Shown here: one piece after another, positions 12,323 through 24,856 of the stretch
Layout: every line of letters starts with the position of its first letter
Numbering within the stretch: the first letter of the stretch is position 1
Source of the DNA: Chromera velia
Lineage: Eukaryota
Assembly: GCA_018398765.1 (NCBI GenBank)
Contig: JAHBMJ010000009.1
Span: 1 to 59,799, forward strand
Length of the DNA: 59,799 nt
Reading direction: 5' to 3'
Notes under the pieces: generated by a model
Databases searched by the model: none
What the model saw: the letters and a program-made list of their open reading frames with translations, nothing else
Told to the model about the DNA's origin: nothing
Translations under genes and position numbers: made by a program

Positions 12323-15300
12323 CAGGTGGGCAGCGAAAGAGGAAGAGTGCAGCAACCAAAAAACAAGGACTGCATTTTTTCACTCGGTTCCTCTGTCCGT
12401 CCCTCCCGCCGCCAGTCTTGACTATCTGTTTCTCTATCCGGTCTGTTTGCCGATCTACCCGTCTGGCTGAGTATCTCGGCTCGTTGCTGCCTTTGTTTCC
12501 ATTTCCTAAACCAACCGTTCAGCGATGATCAAATGAAACGTCGGACTTGGAAACTCACATCTCAACATAGACTGTCGATATCTGCAAACCAACCGAAAGG
12601 AAGATAAGCAAGGAATCAAATTCTTTCAACGTAAAGACTGACACCATCAAGTGAGTCACCAGAGACCCAACCAAAATGACCACCAGCCACAAAGCTATGT
12701 TGTCCATCCTTGCCCCTTCCCCAAACTTGTCCACCCTCCAGATCACCGAAAGGTCTGCCCCTGCAGCGACGGCCAAAACGTCTCCAACAAACGAACCATA
12801 TTCGGTCTCCATCAACCCACCCCCCGCGCCTTCACATTCGCACCCCCCACCCGCACCTGCCGAGCAAAGAGAGCTCCACCCCACCTCATTCTCATCAAAA
12901 GAAGCACACCCCTCCTCACCCCCCTCTTCTTGCAATCGTCTCCTACGCGCACTGTCTCCAGACCCTATGCCTTCAATGCTGACAGTAATTCTGTCCTCCC
13001 CAAACACCTCCCTTCCCACCTCTCTCCCACACCAATACAGACGAAGCGACTGCGAAGACGAAGCCTGCCGCTCCCCCCCTACGTATCCCCTCACGTCCCC
13101 ACTCCACCCAACGGCAACCAACCCGAGCACAGAACTGACAGGGTCGCCACAACTTAAATTACGCAACCGGTCCCTCACAGTCACCGGCAGTTTCGGGATT
13201 GTCACCGTCATCGACCCGAGGCTCCCTCTGATGGTTCCCGCGTCTGCCACTGCGGTCGGGTCCCCCAGAACCACTCCCGAGAGAGAGAAGGAGTCTGTTG
13301 TCAGCTCAGACGCTCCACCCGCTCCTGCTTGAAGCAGAACTTGAGGTCCTGCACGCCAATTAACGCACAGACGGAATAGACTCAGTGTGCTTGAAGCGCT
13401 GTACACGGGAGAAAAGGAAGACTGACTGACGGCTGTGACCTCGACTTCAGAGGGTGTGTCGAGCCACATGCAGACACAATTAAGGGAGCAGAGGTAACTT
13501 CTTACGCCTTTTTTTCCTTTGCTAAACAGTCAGAAGTGAGAAATAAACGAAAAGCCCAACTATTCTCTTCCCTTTCTCGAGCACAAAATGCGATCCGTTT
13601 CCATTCGAAAATCGCAGAAAGATATTATATGTTTTTTCCAAAGCTCCACGTGATTCTTTTTTTTCAGCTTGAAGGAAAACAAACACCGATTGTACCAGCC
13701 CAGCTGCACAGAAGGAAAAGAGTGCCATCAGGCAGGTGGGCCCTGCGAGCGAACTTGAACTGACCAAGAAACTCTGTGGCGACCTTGATCACCCTTTGTG
13801 TTGCCGAGTGAAGTTCATCCCTTCTGGTCTGAATGCTCTCTGGATCCACATCTCCTGCTGAACCTGCAGTCACCCCGGCGTCCGAAGCGGCGTTCTCCAG
13901 GACGCTCTCGAGAGACTTCAGAATAGGCAGTTGGTTCTTCACCGCGTCCTTCCCTGTCCTGGTCTTCGATGGGGCCTCGGAGAGAGAGATGGTGTCCGAC
14001 AGAGAGGATGCCAACTGCAACACCAAAAAGGAGATCAACCAAGAGAATCATTTTTCCTAAATACAATGCGAATAAAGAATGCAGACACACACGATGACAC
14101 CACAATGATTCGGAGGAATGCTTGACAGCGTATCACATAGACCTTCTTCGTGGCAATTTGAAGAGGCCGTCCCCGAGTAGTTTGCACATCCTGAGGAGCA
14201 ATACGAATTTATAGGCAGGTAGCCCATACAATTTGTTTGTATCGCACGTAATACCCACTCACCTTATCGACAGCTGCTGCTGCCGCCTTCGTTTGTGCAT
14301 CTTTCTTCTCCTCCACATTCGTTGCTGTGTCCTCATCTTCATCCTCTGTCGAAGATTCTTCAAAAACTTTCGACAGCCCTTGTCCTGCAGCAACCAGCAC
14401 ATCTCTGATGGCTTTGGACTCCTCTGTCGCCAGCTTTCGACCGCTTGAGGACGCCAGCGAGAGCGTGTTGCTCACCCTCACAGCAACCGCATCGACAGTC
14501 CCGGCAGCGTCGGTTCGGGAAATCGCAGAGGTGTCTGAAAGCTTCGAGGAGGTCAGTGTAGTGAGGGCCTGCATCCATCCATTCATCCATCCATCCATCC
14601 ATGCATGCATGCAATCAAAGAGGGGAGGGCAGATTGATGAACCACAAAGAGTTCTCATTTTTTGGAAGCAGAAAGCATCAGCAACACTATAAGCGGGCTT
14701 TCTCAAGATTTGCCGACCAGTTTTCCTTCTTTTAGATTTTAAAATCGACCTCCAAAATTAATAGTCCATCAATCGTTTGTCAAAGGAGCAAAAACTTAAT
14801 TGTTCTATTTGTCATTTTATCTTTCTCTGCGGAATTGTCAGCTGACCTCCATAGTCTGTACATTGGTGGCTGTCCCCTCGTCTGCAGTGACCTCCTCTTC
14901 TAGCACCGAGGTCTCGATTGTCGTAGGAAAAATGCATTCGAACCCCCCCAGGGTGTTCACGCAGGTGCTGATGGACGGACAAGTGTGGGTACCCGATGAG
15001 CACTCATCCTCATCTGCATTCATGTTTCATGCACCCGTCATAAGTAGACAAAAAAAAGAAAGAAAGAAAGAAAGAAAGAAACAAACAAAAGTCAGGTGTG
15101 AACGGAGACTCCCTCCAGCGATCGAGAGATCTCTGAATGCTAATTTTTTTTCAGAAGCGGAAACAAAGCAGTCAGAGTCGGGCGACTTAACCCACAGAGC
15201 CAGCGACCTGAATATTCATCCATCATTCGACCTCTGAGAGACCTCTCACATTCTGCACAGGGACCGGACAGATTTCTGATCTGAACACTGCAAAGGGACT

Positions 15301-18300
15301 GAAGCCTGACATGTTGAAAATCTGTCAGAGCATTTTATGGGGCTGCCCTAGTCCTCATGCAGCGCATTGCTTCTTTTTCTCTTCTACTTTCAGTTCTTCT
15401 GTTCCGTTGTACAACTTCGACATTGAGAGATGTACTCGAAAAAACATTTGAAGAAAAGAGTTGCGCTTCAAGAACAGAGACCGGTCACAAACCCCACATG
15501 CATGCACAACTGTCACTCACCGAAGCAGACGCAGAATCCCTCCTCGAGAGGTTGCATGCACTCCCCGTAAGATGCACACTGCCAACTTTCATCGCAAGCC
15601 GTTGCATCCTCACAAGTCTTGGTCTCTGCACGTGCCCCAGCTCAAGGGGGGGGAAGGAATATAGGATATGCAGCAATGAAGTCAGAGAGGGGATGAAGGA
15701 GGGACTCCGGACTGAAAGACCTGTCCCTTGCAATGCTTAAAATGGAGGCACATTAACAAAGATGGCCATAGCAGTTTAATTTGGGGGTCAAATTGGGAGG
15801 GAGAGACCTTCAGCGAGTGTCAAAGGCTGCGGCCAAGGCCCGCGACCTGTCACGGACTGCCGGCAGACTGTCGGGTCACACGACGGCAGGAAACCACTAG
15901 GAATGGAGAGATCAGGGCGTTGAGTGCAAACAAGATATCTCATAGCAACGTGTCCAGAGACTACATGTGAATTTGAATATTCGGGCATGAAGGTACTTGG
16001 ACGGAATGCGAAACAAAGCAAAACAGGCGAGACTCACTCTCATCCTGGAAAATGGGAAAACCCAAAAGAAAACGCAATGGAACAAAGAGAAGGACAGAGT
16101 ACCATGCAAGGGTCTTGTTGATGGTGAGGGAGGTAGACTCACTCGCACAGAAATTGATAGGATCTCCCTCAAACCCTGAGGGGCAAGAACACGCAAAGCT
16201 GCCCGCACTGTCTGTACACTCTGCGTTGACACCGCAATTGTGCGCTCCTGTCGTACACTCGTCTATATCTGCATGATGCATCAAGGAGCAGAGAGGAAAA
16301 TTGTATGAAAGAACACGAAATGTATGTAGAGAGCGCATGAATCGAATTCGAGAGTGTAGGTCAGGTTCCTGTCTCCTAGCCAATTTAATTGTCTCTCTCT
16401 GTTATTTTTCTGTCTGGAACTGCATGCTTCTGTTCTTCGGTTTGCGAGAGAGTGTGCCAGGTGAAACGCCTGCCTGTATCTCTACTCATATGTCACTTCT
16501 CTTGTATTTGTCTCAGTCAAGAAAGAAGTTGAAAAACAAAAATGTTGCTCAGCATGGATATCTGATTACTTGCCATAGGGTTACTTCTGAATCCTCACTG
16601 TGCCAACTCACTTGTACAAGAGACGCCCCCTCCGCTATACCCGTTGTTGCACGCGCACGTGAAACTGCCCACGCTGTTTGTGCACGCGGCATTCGTGTGG
16701 CAGTCGTGAATACTGTTGGTGCATTCGTCAATGTCTGCAACCACGCACGGAGGTAGAAAGGCAGAAACACGATTGATGAACAAACACGCAGGAGAGCTAG
16801 CGCCTCAGGGCGAATGAACAGCCCAGTAGGAGGAGCAAAATGCACCTCCATCCATCCATCCATCCCAATAGCAGGTCCCGAAGATGCCCCCATGCAAGAA
16901 TGGAACAAGCAGTCACAGTTCTCTTCTTAGCCAGACAGGCCGGAGCCCTGCGCTGGTTTTCAAGCAGACAACAAGCCACCGCATTCCATCCAATCCAAAA
17001 ACGTTTCTGACATGCATCAGAGAACGGAACTGCCACCAGCATACTAAGTGCAGATAGATGGCTTCGGACAAGTCTATGCAGGGGTTGATTGCGCCCTCTC
17101 CCCAGCATGTCGGCACCTCACATATCGTTCCTGCCGGCCTGTGCACAGACCTACAGACCTACCTCCGTAAAGGTAAATTTCAGATGTTGACATCCAGAAA
17201 TTGGCGCTTTGCGAGATTCTCTTCAGATGAAAACGGAATGCCCTGTAGGCTGTCGTGCTGTCTGTGGTGGAGAAGGACCGCACCTCGCCGTTAGTCCAGC
17301 CGGTCTCACCGCTGTACGAGCCTATCAGAGTCCAGCTAGCGGATGATGTGCTCTGGTCAGTGGAGCCGTAAACGTCCAACACGCTTGGCGTTTGGTAGGG
17401 CTCCGCGCCTATTCGCGCCTTCACCGCATACCTGTCGGCACGCAGTCAGGCAGGGAGGGGGGCATACGGCCATTCACTCAATGATTCATATTCCCATTGA
17501 GATTTTTGGAAATTTGCCGTTTGCACCAGGTCCATCCACAGCTTACACAGGTGTGCAAGGTAAAGAAAATGAACTCACCCCCCACAAAACATGTGTAAGC
17601 CAGAAAAAGAAGAAGAATGGGGCGAAGCAGAAGGCTCTGACTGGACAAAGCATGCAGAAATTGAACGGCTCATTGGCTCTCTCTACTTCACGAAAGCTCT
17701 CAATCAAACTTCCTTTTTCTATGAAGATTCTCTGTGCATGTACGACGAACTTTGCGCAGACCGACATTTACATGTTGGAGCGTTTAATGCCGTTGACCGA
17801 CCAATAAAGGTACGTATAACAGGGCAGCCAGATCCAGAGTTCGGTGGCTGCGTCAGCGCCTGCCCCAATTCCAGGAGCGTAATAAGATGAGGACCCGTCC
17901 CCTGTGCCGACGTGCCAATTCGTCGAGTCCGTACGGTCGAACGCCCCGGCCACAGAAGAGTCGGAGCTCCAAGCGCAACATCCAGTGTCACTCGCCCAGT
18001 CTTCGTTTGTTAGTGCTCTGTACTGCCCAGCACACGTTCCTGTGTATGATTTGTAAATGGAATACTGCCCCGAAAGCTGAACTGAATTGTCTTGTGTCCA
18101 ATCGGTTTGAATTCCGATGTCAGAGGGTGGGAGCAGGTTCAACGTCGTGCAGGTGGTGCCATCCCCAGCGTCGGGGTAACTGCACGAATTGGCCGCCGCG
18201 CTTCTGACTCCCGAAGAGACATACCAAGTCAATTCTCTGTTTGAGTTTTGGGAAAGGTTCCAATTGGCAGAAAGGAACGAGAGAGCAAGAAGGATTCGAC

Positions 18301-18316
18301 TTTCAAAGCGCAACAT
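8774..18316 (-). CDS. Large multi-exon surface receptor-like protein: signal peptide, F5/8-type C (discoidin-like) domain, 3-4 EGF domains, stalk, GPS-like motif, several TM helices
   Basis: Hydrophobic leader [41 protein letters not shown] (17170-17430). Ca-EGF exons DIDECT..C.N..GSF.C.C..G(Y/F).G at about 16612-16735 and 16145-16270, DEDECS at about 14940-15012. [18 protein letters not shown] (about 12830-12910) followed by [17 protein letters not shown]. At least 4 more TM segments in 8774-9670. Some exon boundaries approximate. Confidence 0.8.
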
Positions 18317-18908
18317 TCTGAGACGTGTGATAATACAATTAATGTGTATCTATATATATACATACTTCGAAACAGTTATTTGTGTTCTTGCATGCGAGTC
18401 AAGTGTCGACGACACAAAAGGCAGGAGAATGCCCTCCCACACCGATTTCTGGAACTGCGGTAACGTAGCTATGTATATATATAGTGCATGGCAGCATCCA
18501 AAGAGACGTGTATATCTCACATTTTTATCAACAGTATAGTTAACAATTAAAATTAACTCACAGAATACACAATTAAGCATGCATGGCATGTATAGCTAGA
18601 TTCGCGCTCACACTTCGCGCGCCATCTGCATGCATGCATGCATGCGCAATTGTGGCGGCCCCGCCAAGCCGATTAATCGGATGTGCAAGTCAGTACCCCT
18701 AGCTATTTGCATGGAGTTAGGGATCGATGCATGCATACGGTTCTCTATCCTTTCACGCGGATCCATTTCGCTCGGCGATTGGGCAGTGTCTGGGCAGTGT
18801 CAATCTGAGTCTCACCGCTGCATCAGACCGTTTTCAGTGGGTTCAGAAGCGCTACATCATTCACGGAGTCATTCGCGTAATCGAATCGTCCCGTTCTTTT
18901 CTTTCACG
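18317..18908. promoter_or_regulatory. Putative bidirectional promoter with clustered TGCATG motifs
   Basis: About 590 bp between divergent start codons 18316(-) and 18909(+); (TGCA)n run at about 18626-18645 and several more GCATG motifs. Confidence 0.5.
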
Positions 18909-21900
18909 ATGAAGAAGGCCGGGAGGGGTGGTCGAAAAAACCACCGGCAGAGTCACCATCACAGGGGCAAAGGCCGCCATGGAGGGGGGCTGCGGGAGGA
19001 AGATGGGGGTGGGAGCTTTGAACCTCGGCCGGACCCGCTTGCTCAAGACGAAGATGGAGAGGAGGAGGAAGAAGAGGCGAAGCAGGAGTCGAAACCTGGC
19101 GAAGGAGACGTCGAGGCAGCAGAGGGAGATCCTGAACTTCAGGGGGCCGAGCGTGCGTCATTCCCCCTGGCTATGTGGGTAAGTCCTTAAGCCGACGAGT
19201 GTATGCCGTCAACCCTTCTCTTCATGGTCTTTTCGTGAAATCCATTTGTTTTACTTGGGTGATAGCTCGTTGGAGACGGCGGCTCGTTGGTCACTGAAAA
19301 TCCTTACGGTCATAAACCCACCCAGACAAACGCCAACAGACATGCAGACAATCTGAGTAGATGCTTTCTCAACAATGTGATCTACTGTATGCCCAGTCGA
19401 AAGGTCGGACAGCTCACTAGATGCCCTCGAACGGCCCTCAGGGCTGTGAGCCTTCATCACCTCTTGACGGACTGTTTGATGGACTGAGTGCAGGATTACG
19501 GACATTGCGACATCAAGAAGTGCAGTGGCAGGAAGCTGGTGAGGTTCAATCGCATTCGCAGCCTGAAACCAGGGGCACGGTTCCCCGGTATTGTCCTCAG
19601 GTCAGCCTAAGCCAGTAAGGCGGAGAAGAACAGTTAGTAGAGGGGACTGTATGTATTATGTCGCGCTGTCATGGTAGAATCTTCCAGAAAGAACAAGATG
19701 GGCAAGAGGGGTCAACAACGTTGCTGCTCCATTTCCATCAGGATGAGCGCCCCAACGTCTCTTCCTTCACTTTTGAATGTGCTCCCTCGTTTCTTTCTTT
19801 CCTTTCCGTCCTCCCATCCTCTTCTCTTTTCTTTTCTGCCCATCGTTCCCCTTAGTCCCCTCGCCACGCGCACGATCTCCCGAGCCGACGAGGAACTGAT
19901 CAAATCGAAAGGACTCTGTGTGATCGACTGTTCGTGGAACCGTCTGGAGGAGGTGCCCTTCAGACGCATTCACAACGGAAACGAACGCCTACGTGAGTCC
20001 CTCAGAAGTCAGGCTGTCCGTCTGACGGTTACAGCGAGAGAGGCGCAAGAAGCTAAATCGCGCTTTCGGAACGGAGCCCTCGCATTCCCCCTGAGTTGCT
20101 TCCTTCCCTTCGGATGAAGAGGCAGCCTGGGTCCTGACTACAGATTCAGCAGCCTGTCGAGCAGCATGGATGTTTCCTCTAGGATTGTGCTGGTCTTCTT
20201 CGCCTGCTCCTTTTGTCTCGTTCCTCCTTTTCCTTCTGTGGTTGCAAGGCTCTTTTCTCCTCCCTCAAGGCATCGTCCCCCCCTTCCTCATTCTTTTCCT
20301 TCCTGCAGTTCCCTTCCTCGTGGCGGCAAATCCTCCTCATTACGGGAAGCCTTGTGAGGTCTGTTTGCATGGCCGTCTGTAGGACTCCTCTGCCTGCCAG
20401 CTTGAAGATAGATAGATTCTCTTGCAGACAGAGATATAAATGGAGAGGCTGAGCAAACAACCAAGTGAACTGTACATCCATCAGGGCCGGGGCAGGAGGG
20501 AGGAGGTTGAAGGCACACGAACGAAATAGGTGCAAACACACCTGAGAAAAGGAAGTCCGGTCTCTCTTTCTCCCTCGCCTCAGCTTTCTATTTTAAAACA
20601 GCCCAGAAAGAAAGCAACGGGACGGCAAAGGAGGGAAAGAGGAAGGGTGAAGATTCAAATGGAGGGGAGGGGAAGAATGGGCAGAGAGGGAGGGGGGAGG
20701 AATCACAAGGCACTTACTTGATTTCATGATAGTGTCTCTCTGCTCTCCTCATCTAGATTCCTGTCCTTCTTTCTGTCCACTTTTCTATACCAGTCAGTCC
20801 GTCCTTTCTGTTGCTTCCCTTCCCGTCACCTGCCTGCACACTCTTCTTCTCTGTTTTCTTTTTGTGTGTGCAGCTGTCTTGTGTGGAGGCTCTCGCAGCT
20901 GCTTTGTACATCTCGGTCAGTCGATCTACCTGCCTGCCTGCCTGCCTGCCTGCCTGCGTGTGCGGATGTAGGCAAAGTCTTTGCTCGACGAATCGGCCTG
21001 ATTGATTCTTTTTATTTCCATGGTGGTAGTGTCGGTTCAGGTCTAATGAGGAGGACTGCTTTGCGTCTGCTCCCTGTGTTCAACTGTGAGGGGCTTATGG
21101 CTCAATTTGCGTGCTGTATTTCATTAAGAATAGTTGTACGTGTATGTGGGATGGTGCTTACTGGTCGATTCTGCCTTCTTGCTCAGCCCATCGGTCTCTG
21201 TCTCTTTTTGTCGGAGCGCATCCGTCTCTCTGCCAAGCAGTTGCTTCGATCCCGTCTGTTGTGTGTGTTGCGCTTTCTTCCCTCCTCTTGCCTCAGGGCT
21301 GCGTCGGGGAGGCACAAGATCTCCTGGGGCTCTTCAAGTGGGGCCCTGAATTTGTCACGTTAAATAAGTCAGTGGTAGTCTTTCTTTCTGTTCTGTCTCT
21401 GTGTGGCATTGAATAAGTCAGCAGTCTTTCTTTCTGTTCTGTCTCTGTGTGACATTGAATAAGTCGGTAGTTTTTTTCTTTCTGTTCTGCCTCTGTGTGA
21501 CATTGAATAAGTCGGTAGTCTTTCTTTCTGTTCTTTTTCTGTGTGACATTGAATAAGTCAGCAGTCTTTCTTTCTCTTCTGCCTCTGTCCATCTGGAAGG
21601 ATAAAGAAAAAGAAAGGGGTCGATTATTAATGGTCTGTGTGTCATTCAGCAGTGGTAAAGCAAGAGGAACACTGTACAAGGAAACCCACAAAAGAACTCA
21701 GGAGCAAACAGAAAGAAGAGAAGAAGAAAGGGATAACAGCTGACGGGCCCGCGCACCAACTTACATGCACTCTTGGGTGGAAGCTCACTTGTGTGTGTGT
21801 GAGCAGGCGTACATGACAGCGAGGGAGAGAAAAGAAAACAAAGAAAGAAAGAAAGAAAGAAAGAAAGAAGAAAGATTGCACAGAGAAACAGAAAGTATGC

Positions 21901-23104
21901 GCCTGTGTGTATGAAGAGGGGAACTAGGGACAAATGGATGCACTGCCCGTGTTTATGTATTGAAGAATGACATTGACTCCCTGTCTCTATGGTCTTGATG
22001 GATTCTTGCTGATGCCTGCCTGACCTGAATTGACTGCAGAGAGCTGCTGGAGCGCTATCGCCTGGAGGGACACGATTCTGCAGGGGTGCTGCGCGTCCAG
22101 GCAGACTTCATTCAGAAGGCCAAGGAAGACAGGGAGAGAAGGGCGGCTGAGGATCCCTTTGCAGGACTGCCTCCGAGTACGTCGATCTTCCTGCCTGCAC
22201 AGTTTTTTTCTTCGTGCTGTGCATTTATCTCTGTATTTTTGTCTGACTGACTGACTGCCTGTCTGTCTGGTCTGTGTGTTGATCTGTCAGTCTGTTTGCT
22301 GTCTGATTGAGTCAAAAGAGGGAAAGAAAGGAGAGGAAACGTCACACGGTCTGTTTGTTGCCTTTATGAAAGAAACAAAACAGGAGCAAAATGATGGATG
22401 TACCCTGTCTGGCTCGGGTGAAACAAAACTCGAAAAAACGAATAAAAAACTAGAGCGCGTATGGCTTCCAGAAAGGGAGGAGGCAGAATATCATCAGACT
22501 ATTCTCCGCCTTTTCTTGCCTCTTTTCCTTATTCCCCCATGTCTTCGTTAATTTGTGGCTGTACTTCTCTGTTTCAAAGCTGTTGTTTTCTTGCTTGACT
22601 TGCTTGCTGCATGATATTTCCATTTGCATTTCGTCGACCCGCGTTCAGTCCCATCGAACGGACTGCCACGAAACCTTTTCTGTCAACGCCACTTCTTTTT
22701 TTGCTCTAGTTGGATTTCTTTCCTTTTTACGACCTCACCCCTTTTGATCTCTTCTTCTTGCAGTGTCTTCCGACGAAGAGGAAGAAGAGGAGGATGCGGA
22801 GAAGACGGGAGCAGACGCGTTACAGGAGGATCCGATCAAAAGGGGAGACGGGGCAGCAGTAGAGGAAGGAACGGGAGGGGGACGAGGAGACGGAAGCGCT
22901 AGTGACCCTCCTGCCGTCTCCTCACAAGGAAGTCCTGACCATGCTGACTGCTCAGGAGACACTAAAAGGCTGACCCCAGTTGAACCTCTGTCGGCGTCAT
23001 CGCCCTCTCCAGCAGGAAAAGAGCAGACAGGAGAAGAAAACAACTTGCTAGACAACTTGTCGCAGGATCCCGTGGAATCTCCCGGTCCATCCTCTCCATT
23101 GTAG
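18909..23104 (+). CDS. TSR3: 18S rRNA aminocarboxypropyltransferase Tsr3 (RLI-like + DUF367), about 8 exons
   Basis: Spliced: FPLAMW|DYGHCDIKKCSGRKL..GIVLS|P..ISRAD..GLCVIDCSWNRL..ERL|LPFLVAANPPHYGKPCE|LSCVEALAAALYI..FKWGPEFVTLNK|ELLERY, then an acidic tail SSDEEEEEED..SSPL* ending 23104. Confidence 0.94.
21355..21590 (+). repeat. About 43-46 bp intronic tandem repeat (about 5 units) reiterating the TSR3 exon end and splice donor
   Basis: Units CATTGAATAA|GTCRGYAGTCTTTCTTTCTGTTCTGTCTCTGTGTGA follow the exon end CACGTTAAATAA|GTCAGT. Confidence 0.85.
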
Positions 23105-23188
23105 TTGGACGGACAGCAGAGGGATGAGAGAATTGAAGTGAAATATCCGGATGTTTGCTAGGCGTGAACTTTAGTTAGTTTAGCTCTT

Positions 23189-24512
23189 TACACTTGGACT
23201 TTAAGAGTTACCCGAATAGCACAGTAACTTTAGGGTCCAAGACCCCCAAAAGTTACCATACTTTAGTAACTTTGAGAGTTGCCCTAAAAATACTAAAGTA
23301 TAGTAGAAAGGTTCTGCTATCATAGTGAAACTAGTGTGTACACACTGGCAGTTTTTTTCAGTAGTGTGACATTGTTTTAAAATGCTAGTTAAACTGTTTT
23401 CTCTGCTTTAGACATGCAGCAAAATGATTTAAAGCTATCAGTTTAAGAAAATAGACTAATACCATCTAGGGCTGGGAAAAGGTTCATTGAGAAAAGGTTC
23501 AAATCTGAAAAAGTGAACCTGTTGAACCTGTTTTGAACCTGTTAAACCTGTTTTGAACCTGTTTTGGAGGCCAGACGCGCGGCCACTGGCACAAGGCCGG
23601 CCAGGCCCGCGCCGCCCGCGGCCGATATAGGTGAAATAAGGAGCCGGACCCGCGCGCACAGCAACTGTCCCTAGCCGGTTCAATCTATTGTGTCGGACAA
23701 ACGCATGTCAGCATATGTCAGCATCATATGTCAATATGAAAACTCATGCTGACGGTTGCAGAAGTGAAGAAGTATGCGTGACTTAACAGGGAGCAGGGGC
23801 TGCGGGGCAACCGGTGAGCAGACGAAAGAAAGAAAGAAACGCTGTGATGGTCTTATGTTGACTAAATTGTCATGATTAATACGATCATATAAATTTAATT
23901 ATGGCATTTTCCAATTTTTTCAGGCTTTTTTGATTACTAATTTTCGACTATAAACAGTGAATAACTTGAGACTAGCACCTAATGTGAGCGTAAATATTGA
24001 TTTAAACTATTTAAAAACACTACTAAGGCATAGATTCTATAATAAAACGTTCTAAAAATGGATTAAAGCCTAATTTAAAGACATAAAATAACATGAAAAA
24101 AATGAGGTTTCTATTAATTAAAAGTGAACCTGTTTTTGAACCTAATTCAGGTTCATTACTTCGAAGTGAACCTTGAACCTTGAACCTTGAACCTTTTCTT
24201 AGCACTAATACCATCACTTCAGAGACTTTTTTGAAGTTATTGCATAAGTCATCGTGCGTCACTGTGGTAAAATTCAGTAAAAAATTGAGACCAACTGTGA
24301 TGTTTAACTATCACAGACAGACAGAGTCTCATAGACAGACAAACAGACAGACAGACAAACAGACAGACTCTATCATCTTTTCTTTACTTCACTTTTTCTG
24401 AATCACCTCCTTTCTTTCTGACAGACAAACAGACAAGAAGGCATACAGACAGACCGGCAGACAGACAAACAGACAGTTACAGACAGTCTGAGACAGACAA
24501 ACAGACAGACAC

Positions 24513-24558
<46 letters not shown>

Positions 24559-24856
24559 TCTATATTTTTTCTTCTTTTCCCTTCTTTTCTTTAAGAACAT
24601 AGTAGACAACAGACAGACAGACAGACAGACAGATAGTAGACAGAGACGGTTATTAACCATGCAAAGACGCACAGGAACGGCCCCGAAAAGTCTTTGAATA
24701 TGGTCTAAAAAAGAGTTAAATTACGGTAACTTGACTCCTCCAACAGGCTAAAAGCCGTTGGTAACCAGTAAAAAGTTACGTAATTCTGGTAACCCAACTT
24801 TTTTATAAATTTAAAGTCTCTCAGTAACTCTTAAGGATTCTTAAGGTCCAAGTGTA
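23189..24856. mobile_element. Non-autonomous TIR DNA transposon (middle element) with 8-bp TSD
   Basis: TIR TACACTTGGACYTTAAGA at both ends; perfect TSD TAGCTCTT at 23181-23188 and 24857-24864. Confidence 0.9.
23467..24207. mobile_element. hAT-like MITE (inner element), 741 bp, 8-bp TSD
   Basis: TIRs TAGGGCTGGGAAAAGGTTCA / TAGTGCTAAGAAAAGGTTCA; subterminal TGAACC repeats; perfect TSD ATACCATC at 23459-23466 and 24208-24215. Confidence 0.92.
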
